In this document: piece by piece, positions 8,926 through 18,282 of the stretch
How the letters are laid out: each line of letters opens with the position of its first letter
How positions within the stretch are numbered: position 1 is the stretch's first letter
NCBI GenBank assembly: GCA_964372275.1
Contig: CAYJRR010000006.1
Coordinates: 1-64,000, forward strand
Origin: an uncultured bacterium
GTDB lineage: Bacteria; CAYJRR01
Length of the DNA stretch: 64,000 bases
Reading direction: 5' to 3'
Program-made: the position numbers and the translations under genes
Notes under the pieces: generated by a model
Told to the model about the DNA's origin: nothing
What the model saw: the letters and a program-made list of their open reading frames with translations, nothing else
Database searches by the model: none

Positions 8926-10439
8926 TCCGCCTCCGCGGTCGATCGGCCTGCGCGGTCGTGCTCCTGCCCCTCGCCGTCCTGCTGACGGCATCCGGCGCGC
9001 TGGCGCAGTCGGCCGAGTTCGTCGCCACGGTCATGGTCGGGCGGGCAAACGTCCACCGCGGCCCGAGTCGCGGTTCGCCGCAGATCCAGACGGTGACCAA
9101 GGGGACGAAACTGCCGGCGGCCGGGCTCTCCCCGGACAAGAAGTGGGTGCGGGTCAAGGCGCCGAACGGGAAGGTCGGCTGGATCTCGCGCGACGAAGTG
9201 GCGGTCGAGAAGAACAAGGGCGCGGCGGGGGGCGGCGCGACCGGAGGGGGCGCGGCGTCCGGCGGCGGCAGCGTCGGAGGCGGATCCGGGAAGAAGGAGG
9301 GCTCGTCCGGATCGGGATCGGAGGCGAGCGGCAAGAAGAAAAAGAAGAAGAGCGGATCGAAGAAAGGATCGGGGGGATCCTCCGCGTCCAAGTCTTCGGG
9401 CACGGGAAAGAGGACGGGGGGGACCGGAGGCCGGAAGGGCGCCTCGCCGGTCGCCAAGAAGTACGCGACGGTCACCGCGCCCCGCACCGAGCTTCACCTG
9501 AACCCCTCCACCTCCGCGCCGACGCTCGAGCTCGCGATGCGCGGCGATGTCCTCGAAGTGGGCGGCATCTCCCGCGACAAGCGGTGGGTCCGGGTCCGGA
9601 CCGAGGAGGGAACGGTCGGCTGGATCGTGAAGCAGGATCTGAAACCGGGGCGGAAGAAGGCGCTCGCCACCGATTCGGGCGGCGATCGTCCCCGCAGCGG
9701 CGGGATGACGACCCGAAAGAAGAAGAAGCGTTCCTACGCGACCGAGATCCTCGCGGAGTTCGGCCAGGTCGGGATCCAGGAGAAGATGACCTCCAACGAG
9801 GGGCTCGGCTACAAGCTCGACGCCGCCGGCAACGGCGGCGGCATCCGGTTCGAGCGGCGCCTGTTCGGCGGGTTGTGGGTCGAAGGCGGTTACTTCGGAA
9901 CCGCCAACCAACGCATCCCGCTCCAGGACGAGAAGGAGACGACGCTCTTCTCGACGCTCCATCGAGGCGATGCCTCGCTGCGCTACACGTTCGTGCTGGG
10001 CAACCCGGACGCGAACGTCGGTCTGACGGCGTCCGCCGGGTACCACGGCTACTTCTTCATCGTGCAACCCCAGACCGTGAGCCTCTTCTACAGCACCGCC
10101 TACCACGGCGGCACGTTCGGCGGCGGCGGGGAGGTCAACTTCGGCAAGGTCCGGGCCTACGGCGAGTACCGCACCTTCACCCCGCTGACCGTCGAGCAGA
10201 GCTTCGGCGAAGGCGGCGAGGGGGGCTACGGTCAGAACAACACCGCCACCGGGCACTACGTCGGCGCCGGGGTCCGTTACCGCTTCTTCAGCGGGAGCTC
10301 GCTCGGGCTGATCTACCGGGCCCACTACTACGAGACGACGTACACCGGCCAAGGGAAGCGCGGCGAGGACGACCTGACCGGCGTCGACGTCGACACCGGT
10401 TTCGAAGCGATCTCGCTCGTCTTCTCCCGCGGGTTCTAG
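8922..10439 (+). CDS. Tandem SH3b-domain protein with C-terminal outer-membrane beta-barrel
   Basis: Signal peptide (ALA); two repeats ANVHRGP...KWVRVKAPNGKVGWI / TELHLNP...RWVRVRTEEGTVGWI; G/S/K linker; amphipathic strands ending in terminal Phe. Confidence 0.75.
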   Translation: MIRLRGRSACAVVLLPLAVLLTASGALAQSAEFVATVMVGRANVHRGPSRGSPQIQTVTKGTKLPAAGLSPDKKWVRVKAPNGKVGWISRDEVAVEKNKGAAGGGATGGGAASGGGSVGGGSGKKEGSSGSGSEASGKKKKKKSGSKKGSGGSSASKSSGTGKRTGGTGGRKGASPVAKKYATVTAPRTELHLNPSTSAPTLELAMRGDVLEVGGISRDKRWVRVRTEEGTVGWIVKQDLKPGRKKALATDSGGDRPRSGGMTTRKKKKRSYATEILAEFGQVGIQEKMTSNEGLGYKLDAAGNGGGIRFERRLFGGLWVEGGYFGTANQRIPLQDEKETTLFSTLHRGDASLRYTFVLGNPDANVGLTASAGYHGYFFIVQPQTVSLFYSTAYHGGTFGGGGEVNFGKVRAYGEYRTFTPLTVEQSFGEGGEGGYGQNNTATGHYVGAGVRYRFFSGSSLGLIYRAHYYETTYTGQGKRGEDDLTGVDVDTGFEAISLVFSRGF

Positions 10440-11980
10440 AAGCGGTAGGTCACGCCGCCCAGCACGCCGATCTCGCGGCTGGCTTCCGAGGGGATGTACT
10501 TCCCCTCGACGTTGTCGAGGATCTCCACATCGTCGTTGGTGAGGTCGCGCCGCTGGTTGTAGAAGTCGGCCTGCAGGTAGTAGGTCCACCCCTTTCGGGC
10601 GACGTAGCGCACCTGTCCGGTCGCGGAGATGACCGACGCGCTCTTGACCGATCCGCTCCCGAGGAACTCGTCGGTGGTGTCGTATTCGGACTGGGCGAGA
10701 TCGCCGCCGCCGCCCACCGACACGTTCTCCGCCACTTCGCGCTCCACGTAGAGGCCGACGATGTTCGAGGTTGCGCCGAAACTCTGGCGGCGCTGGACCC
10801 TCAGCCGGGCGACGATCCCGGTGTCGTAGGGATCGTAGGTGTAGGCGCCGACCCCCGCGATGATCGCCGACTTGCCGTCGATCTCCCGCTGCCGGAAGGC
10901 GAGCGACACGAAGGGGGTGACGCTGTTTTCGGTGACGTAGTGGCCGATCAGCTTGCCCTGATTGATCGGTGACACCCGGACCTCTCGCGAGAGGACCTCC
11001 GGCGCCGTGTACGTGCGCTCGGCGAGCTCGACCTCGGTCCGGTAGTTCGACTCGGTGATGGTGCCGGGAATCGTCCCGTCGTCGAAGACGAACGGCTTCG
11101 TCCCGTGGTCGGTCGAGACGGCGAAATCGACGGGCCGATAGCGGGTCAATGCGAGGCGGATCCGGTACCGGCCCGAGGGCTTGTAGGTGAGGTTGACGAG
11201 CACGAAGCGATCCTCCGGGCCCGGCACGAGATCGAACTGCAGCAGATTGGTCAGCGTCAGCTTGGTCGAGAGCAGCAGGAAGCTCTGGTTGAACAGGCTG
11301 ATCCGGTCCGGCTCGAGCCCGAAGAGCTGGGCCGTCGCGCCCACACGAACGGCGCGGCTTTTCGAATCGTTGTAGGAGTAGTAGCCGCCGGCCGCCTGGT
11401 AGTCGGGCGAGACCATGCGGGTGATCGGGTGCGGGGCCAATCCGCCGAAGAGCCCGATCCGGGTCGCCGAGGAGAAGGTCTTTTCGTAGGTGACCCCGTC
11501 GACCGTCGCCAGCCCCGCCTCGTAGAAGGTCTTGCGGCCGATCGACACCGCCGAGTCGCCGGGTTCGAGCGACCCCAGCATCAGAAAGGCGTCGTTGATC
11601 CCGACCAGTTGCGAGAGCTGGCCGAAGGTCGCGGTGCGGATCGCGACCTTCTCGCAATCGGGATTCGCCTCGACCGAACCGCGGCAGTGTTCGGTGAACG
11701 GACCCGCCACCTCGTCGTTGTCGGCGTTTTCGTGCTTCTGGTCGGTCGAATTGAGCAACGGGACATCGCTGCGCGCATCGACGTGCAGCGACATGTTGCG
11801 TCCACCGATCTGTTCGGACACGAGCCAAAGCCGGAGGAGCGCCACGTCGAAGGTGGCGGTCGGGCCTTCCATCATGGTGTAGGCGTTGGAGACGGTGACC
11901 CGCCCGCGCGTCTCGGCGAGCGCCCGTGGACACGCGAAGACGATCCCGATCGCAACCGCGATGTGTGTCGACCGTTTCAT
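10436..11980 (-). CDS. Outer-membrane beta-barrel (porin-like), candidate porin of a porin-cytochrome complex
   Basis: Start ATG 11980 overlaps the cytochrome stop (ATGA); signal MKRSTHIAVAIGIVFACPRALA; alternating amphipathic strands; C-terminal GGVTYRF beta-signal. Confidence 0.78.
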   Translation of the reverse strand: MKRSTHIAVAIGIVFACPRALAETRGRVTVSNAYTMMEGPTATFDVALLRLWLVSEQIGGRNMSLHVDARSDVPLLNSTDQKHENADNDEVAGPFTEHCRGSVEANPDCEKVAIRTATFGQLSQLVGINDAFLMLGSLEPGDSAVSIGRKTFYEAGLATVDGVTYEKTFSSATRIGLFGGLAPHPITRMVSPDYQAAGGYYSYNDSKSRAVRVGATAQLFGLEPDRISLFNQSFLLLSTKLTLTNLLQFDLVPGPEDRFVLVNLTYKPSGRYRIRLALTRYRPVDFAVSTDHGTKPFVFDDGTIPGTITESNYRTEVELAERTYTAPEVLSREVRVSPINQGKLIGHYVTENSVTPFVSLAFRQREIDGKSAIIAGVGAYTYDPYDTGIVARLRVQRRQSFGATSNIVGLYVEREVAENVSVGGGGDLAQSEYDTTDEFLGSGSVKSASVISATGQVRYVARKGWTYYLQADFYNQRRDLTNDDVEILDNVEGKYIPSEASREIGVLGGVTYRF

Positions 11981-14226
11981 CCGCTCGAATGCTGATCCCA
12001 GCGCGTGGGCACGTGACAGGTTCCGCAGTCGATGCTCCGGATCAGGCGATGCGTTCCGGCCGGACTCTGCTGCAAGTCGTCGGCGTGGCAGAAGATGCAG
12101 TCGTCCGGCGTGCCGCTGTAGAGGTTCCCCTTGTGGCACTCGATGCAGGAGACGAGTCGGTGGGAGCCGATCAGCGGATAGCCGGTGGTGATGTGATTGA
12201 AGATCGCCGGTAGCCAGGTCGTCTGGCTGTGGCAATCGTGGCACTCGTGCCCGCGGCCTCCGAGGTGCGGGTCGGCGTGGCAGACGTTGCACTCGCCGCC
12301 GAAGCCGTTCATCAGCCAGCGCGGTTGCGGGGTGTGGCAGGTCTCGCAGGTGAGCGACTCGTGCGCACCCGCGAGGACCACCTCGCCGTAGTTGTGCAGC
12401 GTCTGGAAGATGAGCGTGTTCCGCTCCACCGCCCAGCGGCGCTCGTTGTGGCAGTTGCTGCAGTCGTTGCCGACCCCCCACGCCCCGCGGTGGTAGTCCC
12501 AGTGGCACTCGATGCAGGTCTGCGGGGTCCCCTTGAACCCCATGTCGAGATGGCAGTGGTAGCAGTCGACCTGTCCGTGCTTCCCCGCCAGCTTGAAGTC
12601 GCTCTGCTCGTTGTGGTTGAAGACCTCGTCCTCCCACGCCGCCGTCTTGTGGCAGTTGTCGCAGGCGTTCGGCAGCTTCCCGAGGTGCGGGGAGCCGTGG
12701 CACGAACCGCAGGTGGTGTCGTGCTTCCACTTGCCGGGGACCTTGTGGCACTGCTCGCAGCGGACGGTCGTGTGCTTTCCGGTGAGCGGGAAGCGCGTGT
12801 CGTCGTGGTTGAAGGTGGACCGGTCCCACCCCGCGGTGGTGTGGCAGTTGCTGGAGTCGCAGGTCTTGCCCCGCGTTCCCTTGTGGGCGTCGACGTGGCA
12901 GTAGCCGCAGTCCTTCCGCTGCGGGATCTCGATCAGGTCACGGTGGCAGCGGAAGCACTCGAGCTGAAGGTGTCGGCCCGTCAGGTCGAAGGTCGACCAG
13001 GTGCGGTGATCCTTGTTCTCGACCGTCAGCGGCACCCACCGGTTCTGGTCGTGGCACTTGAGGCACGGCTTCCCCTTCACCCAGCGGTCCTGGTGGATGT
13101 TGTTGTGGCAGGCCAGGCAGTCGCCGTCGGCGCCGGTGGTGGGGGACATCTTCAGTCCCTTGTGGCAGACGGCGCAGGCCAGCTTGGCGTGGGCGCCGAC
13201 GGCGTCGTACTTGGCGAACACCTTGTGCTCGGCGGTGGTGACCTTCTCCTTCTTCCAGGACGCCTCGGAGTGGCAGGTGATGCACGGCTTGGTGGTGAAC
13301 GCCTTTTCGTGCGGGCTGTCTTTCGTGTGGCAGCTCTCGCACGTTTCGAAGGCGAGAGGACCGAACGGCTTCCCCTTCGGGTGGCACTGCGCGCACTGGA
13401 CCTTCTGGTGGGCGAGGCGCAGCGGGAAGCGCGTCGTGTCGTGATCGAAGCCCTGCAGGTTGAACGTCTTGTTCCAGTTGAAGAAGGTGTGGCACAGCAG
13501 GCACTCCTCGAACGCGTTCCCCGGCTTGAACTTGTGGTAGTTGTCGTGACAGGAGAGGCACTCCTGGTCGGTTCCCAGGAAGGTGCGGCGGGTCGACTTG
13601 GGGCGTTTCGCCGCCGGCTTGTGGCACTTGTCGCAATCGATCTTGTGCCCGCCGATCAGCTTGTAGCCGGTCAGGTCGTGGTCGAAGTTTTTCTGCGATC
13701 CGTCGGCGCGGTTCATCGCCACGCCCCATGCGTTCGCCTTGGTCGTGACGCCGGCGATCTTCGCCTTGGGGTGGAGGCCGTCGATCATGTCGAAATCGAG
13801 TCCGGCGTGGTCGTAGTGGCAGGCCCCGCAGTCCTTGGAAAGGAACGCGGGCGATCCGTGCAGACCGGTCTTCTCCTTCTGGTTCTTTCCGATGTCGGGC
13901 CCGTGGCAGTCGGCGGAAGCGCACAGCGACGCCGGCGTGCTGGTCTTCCCCTTTCCGCCGGGATGGCACTTTTCGCAGTTGGCGGTGGTGTCGAAGCTGG
14001 CGTGCGACTTGGCGAGGTCGCCCGGCGAGATCGTCCTGCCCGGAAGGCCGAAGAGGACCGGCCCCGCCGCTCGGACCGCCGCCACGGCCGGCGCCGCGGC
14101 CACGACCGGGGCCTCGTGCGCGACGGCCCGATGCGAACCCAGCGCCAGGAAGGCTCCTGTGACGCCGAATACGGCGAGCAGACCGAAGGCCGTGTAGCTC
14201 CGGCGCCGAAGGGGCCGATCGAGCAT
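11977..14226 (-). CDS. 27-heme multiheme cytochrome c (nine triheme repeats)
   Basis: 25 CxxCH plus 2 CX4CH (CASADCH, CDSSNCH) counted by eye; repeated FxH-x4-5-F/YxLxGxH motif; N-terminal signal/TM segment. Confidence 0.95.
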   Translation of the reverse strand: MLDRPLRRRSYTAFGLLAVFGVTGAFLALGSHRAVAHEAPVVAAAPAVAAVRAAGPVLFGLPGRTISPGDLAKSHASFDTTANCEKCHPGGKGKTSTPASLCASADCHGPDIGKNQKEKTGLHGSPAFLSKDCGACHYDHAGLDFDMIDGLHPKAKIAGVTTKANAWGVAMNRADGSQKNFDHDLTGYKLIGGHKIDCDKCHKPAAKRPKSTRRTFLGTDQECLSCHDNYHKFKPGNAFEECLLCHTFFNWNKTFNLQGFDHDTTRFPLRLAHQKVQCAQCHPKGKPFGPLAFETCESCHTKDSPHEKAFTTKPCITCHSEASWKKEKVTTAEHKVFAKYDAVGAHAKLACAVCHKGLKMSPTTGADGDCLACHNNIHQDRWVKGKPCLKCHDQNRWVPLTVENKDHRTWSTFDLTGRHLQLECFRCHRDLIEIPQRKDCGYCHVDAHKGTRGKTCDSSNCHTTAGWDRSTFNHDDTRFPLTGKHTTVRCEQCHKVPGKWKHDTTCGSCHGSPHLGKLPNACDNCHKTAAWEDEVFNHNEQSDFKLAGKHGQVDCYHCHLDMGFKGTPQTCIECHWDYHRGAWGVGNDCSNCHNERRWAVERNTLIFQTLHNYGEVVLAGAHESLTCETCHTPQPRWLMNGFGGECNVCHADPHLGGRGHECHDCHSQTTWLPAIFNHITTGYPLIGSHRLVSCIECHKGNLYSGTPDDCIFCHADDLQQSPAGTHRLIRSIDCGTCHVPTRWDQHSSG

Positions 14227-14343
14227 CGGTGTCCTTGAGGATCCGGCAATTTGCTATGTCAGGTCAAGGAGATAGAAGACTTCGGCCGGCGCGGTGCGCG
14301 AGGCCTCGCGCGGGCGAACCGGGCCCGACCCGCATCCGGTGCG

Positions 14344-16527
14344 TCAGATCCAGCGTTCGCCGATCCAGCCGCTGAACTTCAAGCCGATGTAGATGTGCCA
14401 GGCGAGGACGCTGAACATGATCGTCGCGGCGACGATGTGGATCGCCAGCCAGACGCGGGCGATCTTCTGGCTCTTCTCGTAGAGCAGGATCCGTTGCTCG
14501 AGTCCCGCCTTGCGCTTGATCGTGTCGACGATCCCTTTGATCTCGGACGGCTTCTTCCCGAGCTTCTTCAGCCGGCGCGACAGTCCGGCGAGTCGGGCGT
14601 TTCGCCTGAAGTCGAGGGCGATCATCGTGAAGACGGTGCCGATCAGACCGCGCTGTCTCGCCTCTTCGGGCATCCCCCAGTCGAGGAACGGTTTCGACCT
14701 ATCCGAATCGCCGAGCAGCCCCTTTAGTTGCTGCTCGATCTGGAACGCCTCGGCCTTGGCGTCCTCCAGGCGCATCTCCTGGCCGGCGATGGTGCGCGGC
14801 ATCTGCCCGTAGAAGTAACGGCCGACGATCCCGGTGGCCACCACCAGCGCGCAGGAATAGAGGACGTACTTGAAGATGTTGGCGTCGAACCCGATCTCGA
14901 AGGTGGTGTGATAGGTGGCGAAGACGAAGCCCAACAGCCCCATGAAGACGTGGACGTCGAGGAACGCGGAGAGCGATCCGAACCGTCGGAAGATCCGGTC
15001 GAGCCGTTTCCGGGGGACGTAGATCAGCGTGCCGCTCAGGAGGAGCGATCCGATCCACCCCTCCCAGCGCCCGAGCCCCGTCTTCGCCTCGATGAAGATG
15101 ATCTCCTCGGTGTAGCCGAGCGCGCGCGCGATCTTGAACGAGAGCGACCAGTCGACGTGGTGGAGCCGCGACCAGTGCTCCCATCCCAGGATCGCGGCGC
15201 TGACCAGCGAGACGCTCCACAGCATGGCCTGCAGCCAGCTGCGATCGCCGGGTTTCACCTCGTTGTACACCGGGCGGAAGGTGGCGGCGACGTCGGCCGC
15301 CTCTTCGCCAGTCACGCCGTAGAGGTCGACGCGCTCGAACAGCTCCCGCTGCGAAAGGTCGAAGATGGCGGCGGTCGGGCAGGGGGTGACGCAGGCCATG
15401 TCCTCGTAGCCGAAGCAGTGGTCGCACTTGATTGCCATCTGCTTCTTCTTGTCCGATTTCGGCGCGTCGTCCTCATCCTTTCCCTTCTTTTTCCCTTTCT
15501 TCGGCTCGCCGTCGCCGTCGACCTCTTCGGCCCCGACTTCCGCCTTCTTGGTGCCGTCCTCCCGCTCCACCATCTTGATGACCCCGTAGGGGCAGTCGTT
15601 GGCGCAGTTGGTGCAGCCGGTGCAGGTGTCCTTGATCACCACTTCGCGAAAGTTCTCGTCGAAGTAGATGTGGTCGCCGGGGCAGTGCGCGGTGCAGTGC
15701 GTGTACTCGCAGGTCCGGCAGGCGTCGGGGAACATCAGCAGCCCGAACTTGTTCTTCGACTTCCAGATCCGGGCCTGTCCCCACCGCTTCTCGCAGCCCT
15801 GATAGCAGGCATCGCAGTCGATGCACTTGTCGAGCCGGATGACGCGGACGCGCTCTGAGTAGCTGTAGCCGTTCCGAACCAGGTAGTTCCAGATGCGGCC
15901 GATCTGCCCGTCGAATCGCTCCGCCCGCTTGTCCATGCGCAGCGAGACGGCCTTGAGACGCTTGCGTACGCCGGCCGAAACCTTGGCGATCTTGTTCAGC
16001 GTCTCCGCCGGGATGGTGATCACCTGGCTCGGCATCACCGCCGAGACCTGCACCGCCGGGATCCCCGCCCAGTTGAACTGACGGTCGAAGAAGAACTCCC
16101 CCTTCTTCAGGATGTTCACCACCCGGGTGCGGCCGGGCCCCTCCTCCCCCAGCACCATCAGCTGCCCTTCGACGACCAGATACATGTTCTCGAAGTGCGC
16201 CCGCTTCGAGATCTCCCGGATCACGTCCTTCGGCTCGTGCCGCTTGAACTTGAGCTCCTTCTCCAGGAAGAAGAGCGCCGTCTCGGGGAGGGTCTGCAGG
16301 AGCGGCACGCGCTGGATGGCGTCGATCAGCTCGATCTGTTTCTCGAGCGCGTCGACCTCCTCGGCGCTGTCGGCCGCGACGATCTGCTGGTAGATCCCGG
16401 TCTTGTCGAAGTCCCGGATGGTCGACGTAGGCTGGACGCCGGCCTCCGGGTCGTCCGAGACCTTCGGGGGGCGCCGTCGCTCGGCGGGGCTCGGGGACCG
16501 AACGGGGATTTTGGGGTCGGTCGCCAT
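14344..16527 (-). CDS. Fusion of cyclic-nucleotide-binding-like domain, 4x[4Fe-4S] ferredoxin (DmsB/NrfC type) and ferric-reductase-like transmembrane domain
   Basis: MYLVVEGQL...LKKGEFF cNMP fold; CIDCDACYQGC, CRTCEYTHCTAHC, CTGCTNCANDCP, CDHC-x7-CVTPCP; TM helices with LDVHVFMG, TYHT, LAIHIV, AWHIY His residues. Confidence 0.85.
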   Translation of the reverse strand: MATDPKIPVRSPSPAERRRPPKVSDDPEAGVQPTSTIRDFDKTGIYQQIVAADSAEEVDALEKQIELIDAIQRVPLLQTLPETALFFLEKELKFKRHEPKDVIREISKRAHFENMYLVVEGQLMVLGEEGPGRTRVVNILKKGEFFFDRQFNWAGIPAVQVSAVMPSQVITIPAETLNKIAKVSAGVRKRLKAVSLRMDKRAERFDGQIGRIWNYLVRNGYSYSERVRVIRLDKCIDCDACYQGCEKRWGQARIWKSKNKFGLLMFPDACRTCEYTHCTAHCPGDHIYFDENFREVVIKDTCTGCTNCANDCPYGVIKMVEREDGTKKAEVGAEEVDGDGEPKKGKKKGKDEDDAPKSDKKKQMAIKCDHCFGYEDMACVTPCPTAAIFDLSQRELFERVDLYGVTGEEAADVAATFRPVYNEVKPGDRSWLQAMLWSVSLVSAAILGWEHWSRLHHVDWSLSFKIARALGYTEEIIFIEAKTGLGRWEGWIGSLLLSGTLIYVPRKRLDRIFRRFGSLSAFLDVHVFMGLLGFVFATYHTTFEIGFDANIFKYVLYSCALVVATGIVGRYFYGQMPRTIAGQEMRLEDAKAEAFQIEQQLKGLLGDSDRSKPFLDWGMPEEARQRGLIGTVFTMIALDFRRNARLAGLSRRLKKLGKKPSEIKGIVDTIKRKAGLEQRILLYEKSQKIARVWLAIHIVAATIMFSVLAWHIYIGLKFSGWIGERWI

Positions 16528-16589
16528 TCGACGAGGCCGCGTCCATCTTAGCCTGGGTATGATGCCCCGGTCGAATACGGGGGCGCGCG

Positions 16590-17081
16590 GTGGGTCTGTT
16601 CCGAAGACGAAAGGCGGGTTCGGACGGCGGCGTCACGGTGCGTTCCGCCGACACGCGGGACCTCAACGCGATCGTGGAGCTGCTGGCGGAGCTGGTGAAG
16701 GGGCAGGTGCCGCGGCGCCGCCGCGCGGCCTACCTGGGATCGATCCGCGAGGAGCAGCGGGCGATGCTCCTCGATCCGTCCGCGGCGTGGTTCGTCGCCG
16801 CGGGGGCCGATCGGATCGTGGGCTGCGCGAGGGCGCAGATCCGCGAGGACCATCCGCAGCTCGCCTACCTGCCGAAGAACCGTTGGGGCTACGTCTACGG
16901 CGTCTTTGTCCACGCGCAGTCGCGCCGGACCGGCGTCGGGCGCCGGCTGCTCGGCGCGTGCGAGTCGTGGCTACGGGAGCGGGGCGCGGCCTTCGTCTTC
17001 CTCCACTCGACCCCCGACGGGATCGAGTTCTACGAATCGCTCGGCTATCTCCCGAGCCTGGAGTTCTCGAAGAAGCTCTGA
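16590..17081 (+). CDS. GNAT family N-acetyltransferase
   Basis: VFVHAQSRRTGVGRRLL acetyl-CoA motif and FYESLGY. Confidence 0.88.
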   Translation: MGLFRRRKAGSDGGVTVRSADTRDLNAIVELLAELVKGQVPRRRRAAYLGSIREEQRAMLLDPSAAWFVAAGADRIVGCARAQIREDHPQLAYLPKNRWGYVYGVFVHAQSRRTGVGRRLLGACESWLRERGAAFVFLHSTPDGIEFYESLGYLPSLEFSKKL

Positions 17082-17083
17082 CG

Positions 17084-18178
17084 CTACTCGCAGGTCATCT
17101 CGGTCACGACGCCGGCGGCGTCGAAGTCGTAGACGCAGGACTCGACGGGTCCGTCGGCGTCGTAGCGGGTCCATTGGCCGTAGCCGGAGCCGAACGGGGC
17201 GTAGTGGATCTGGCCGTCGATGTCGGGCGCGAACCCGGTCTGCACCTCGTCGAACCGGTAGACGGAGTCGGTCTCGCCGAGGACCGAGAACTCGTAGTCG
17301 ACGTGGAGCGTGCTCCCGTCCTCGTAGGACTGGTCGTAGACGCCATCGCCGGAGTAGTCGGCCGCGAAATGGTAGGACCCCAGTCCGTCCGGCTCCACCT
17401 CCGTGCCCGGGTCCTCGTAGACCAGCGTGCTGTCGTAGCCGCCTTCGCTGTTCAGCGCCACCTCGTAGACCTGGTAGATGCCGTGGTCGAAGTACCAGCG
17501 CAGCTGGCCACCGCCGGAGAAGTCCTTCTCGATCACGAACTCGGCCGCCCGGTCGGGCACGACCTCGGTTGCGAAGTCGTCGCGGGTCCACGCCTGCTCC
17601 AGCGCGATGTCCGACGACTCGCCGTAGTAGGTCGTCACGATCTCCTCGAGGTAGACGCTCGACAGCTTTCGTTCCTCCTCGATGCGAAGGTGGTCGATCA
17701 GCGGCGTGATCTCGCCGGCGACCCGCGTTCCGCGGTCCCGGTCCGTCGCCTCCAGCCGGACCCTGCCGTCCTCGACCCAGAAGACCGTCTCGTACCCTTC
17801 GGCGGTGTCGTCGGCGTAGCTCCGCCAGTCGACGAAGTCGGCGGCATAGACGTCCCCCGCCCCGTTGAAGCTCACGTACCCCTGCGCCTCGATCGATTCC
17901 AGGTATTCGCCCGTCGGGAACTCCTGGTAGGTCGAGAACGCGCCGGTGTCGCGGTCGACCGTTCCGCTCCAGACGGAACCGTCCTCGCGGGTCTCCTCGA
18001 ACTCGCCGTCCTTGCCGCTCAGGTCGAAGAAAATCAGGGCCCGCCCGGAGACCGTCTCCTCCAGCGCGGAGATCTGCGGCGCGGGATCGACCATCCGGCC
18101 GTTGACGTCGAGAAGGTCATCGCCGCAGCCCCCGGCCGACAGGAGCAGGCCGCCGGCGACGACCCGGATTCGGCTCAT
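17084..18178 (-). CDS. Acidic lipoprotein of unknown function (sigma54 target)
   Basis: Start reassigned to ATG 18178: MSRIRVVAGGLLLSAGGC lipobox-like; D/E/Y-rich. Confidence 0.72.
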   Translation of the reverse strand: MSRIRVVAGGLLLSAGGCGDDLLDVNGRMVDPAPQISALEETVSGRALIFFDLSGKDGEFEETREDGSVWSGTVDRDTGAFSTYQEFPTGEYLESIEAQGYVSFNGAGDVYAADFVDWRSYADDTAEGYETVFWVEDGRVRLEATDRDRGTRVAGEITPLIDHLRIEEERKLSSVYLEEIVTTYYGESSDIALEQAWTRDDFATEVVPDRAAEFVIEKDFSGGGQLRWYFDHGIYQVYEVALNSEGGYDSTLVYEDPGTEVEPDGLGSYHFAADYSGDGVYDQSYEDGSTLHVDYEFSVLGETDSVYRFDEVQTGFAPDIDGQIHYAPFGSGYGQWTRYDADGPVESCVYDFDAAGVVTEMTCE

Positions 18179-18191
18179 GTGAAAGGATCGA

Positions 18192-18206
18192 GCAACGGTC
18201 GTGCCA
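18192..18206 (-). promoter_or_regulatory. Sigma54 (-24/-12) promoter of the 17084-18178 lipoprotein
   Basis: Minus strand TGGCAC-GACCG-TTGC, exact consensus, 13 nt before ATG. Confidence 0.85.
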
Positions 18207-18263
18207 CGGACCGGCGCGGAAACCGCCCCGATGTCGGGCGGTTGCGCGCTCTCGCGGGCGGGT

Positions 18264-18282
18264 GGGTGGCGCAAATCAGCCA
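18264..18282. promoter_or_regulatory. Putative enhancer (UAS) for the adjacent sigma54 activator
   Basis: TGGC-GCAAATCA-GCCA dyad about 60 bp upstream of the -24 box; GGGTGGCGCAAAT repeated exactly at 24396-24408. Confidence 0.6.
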
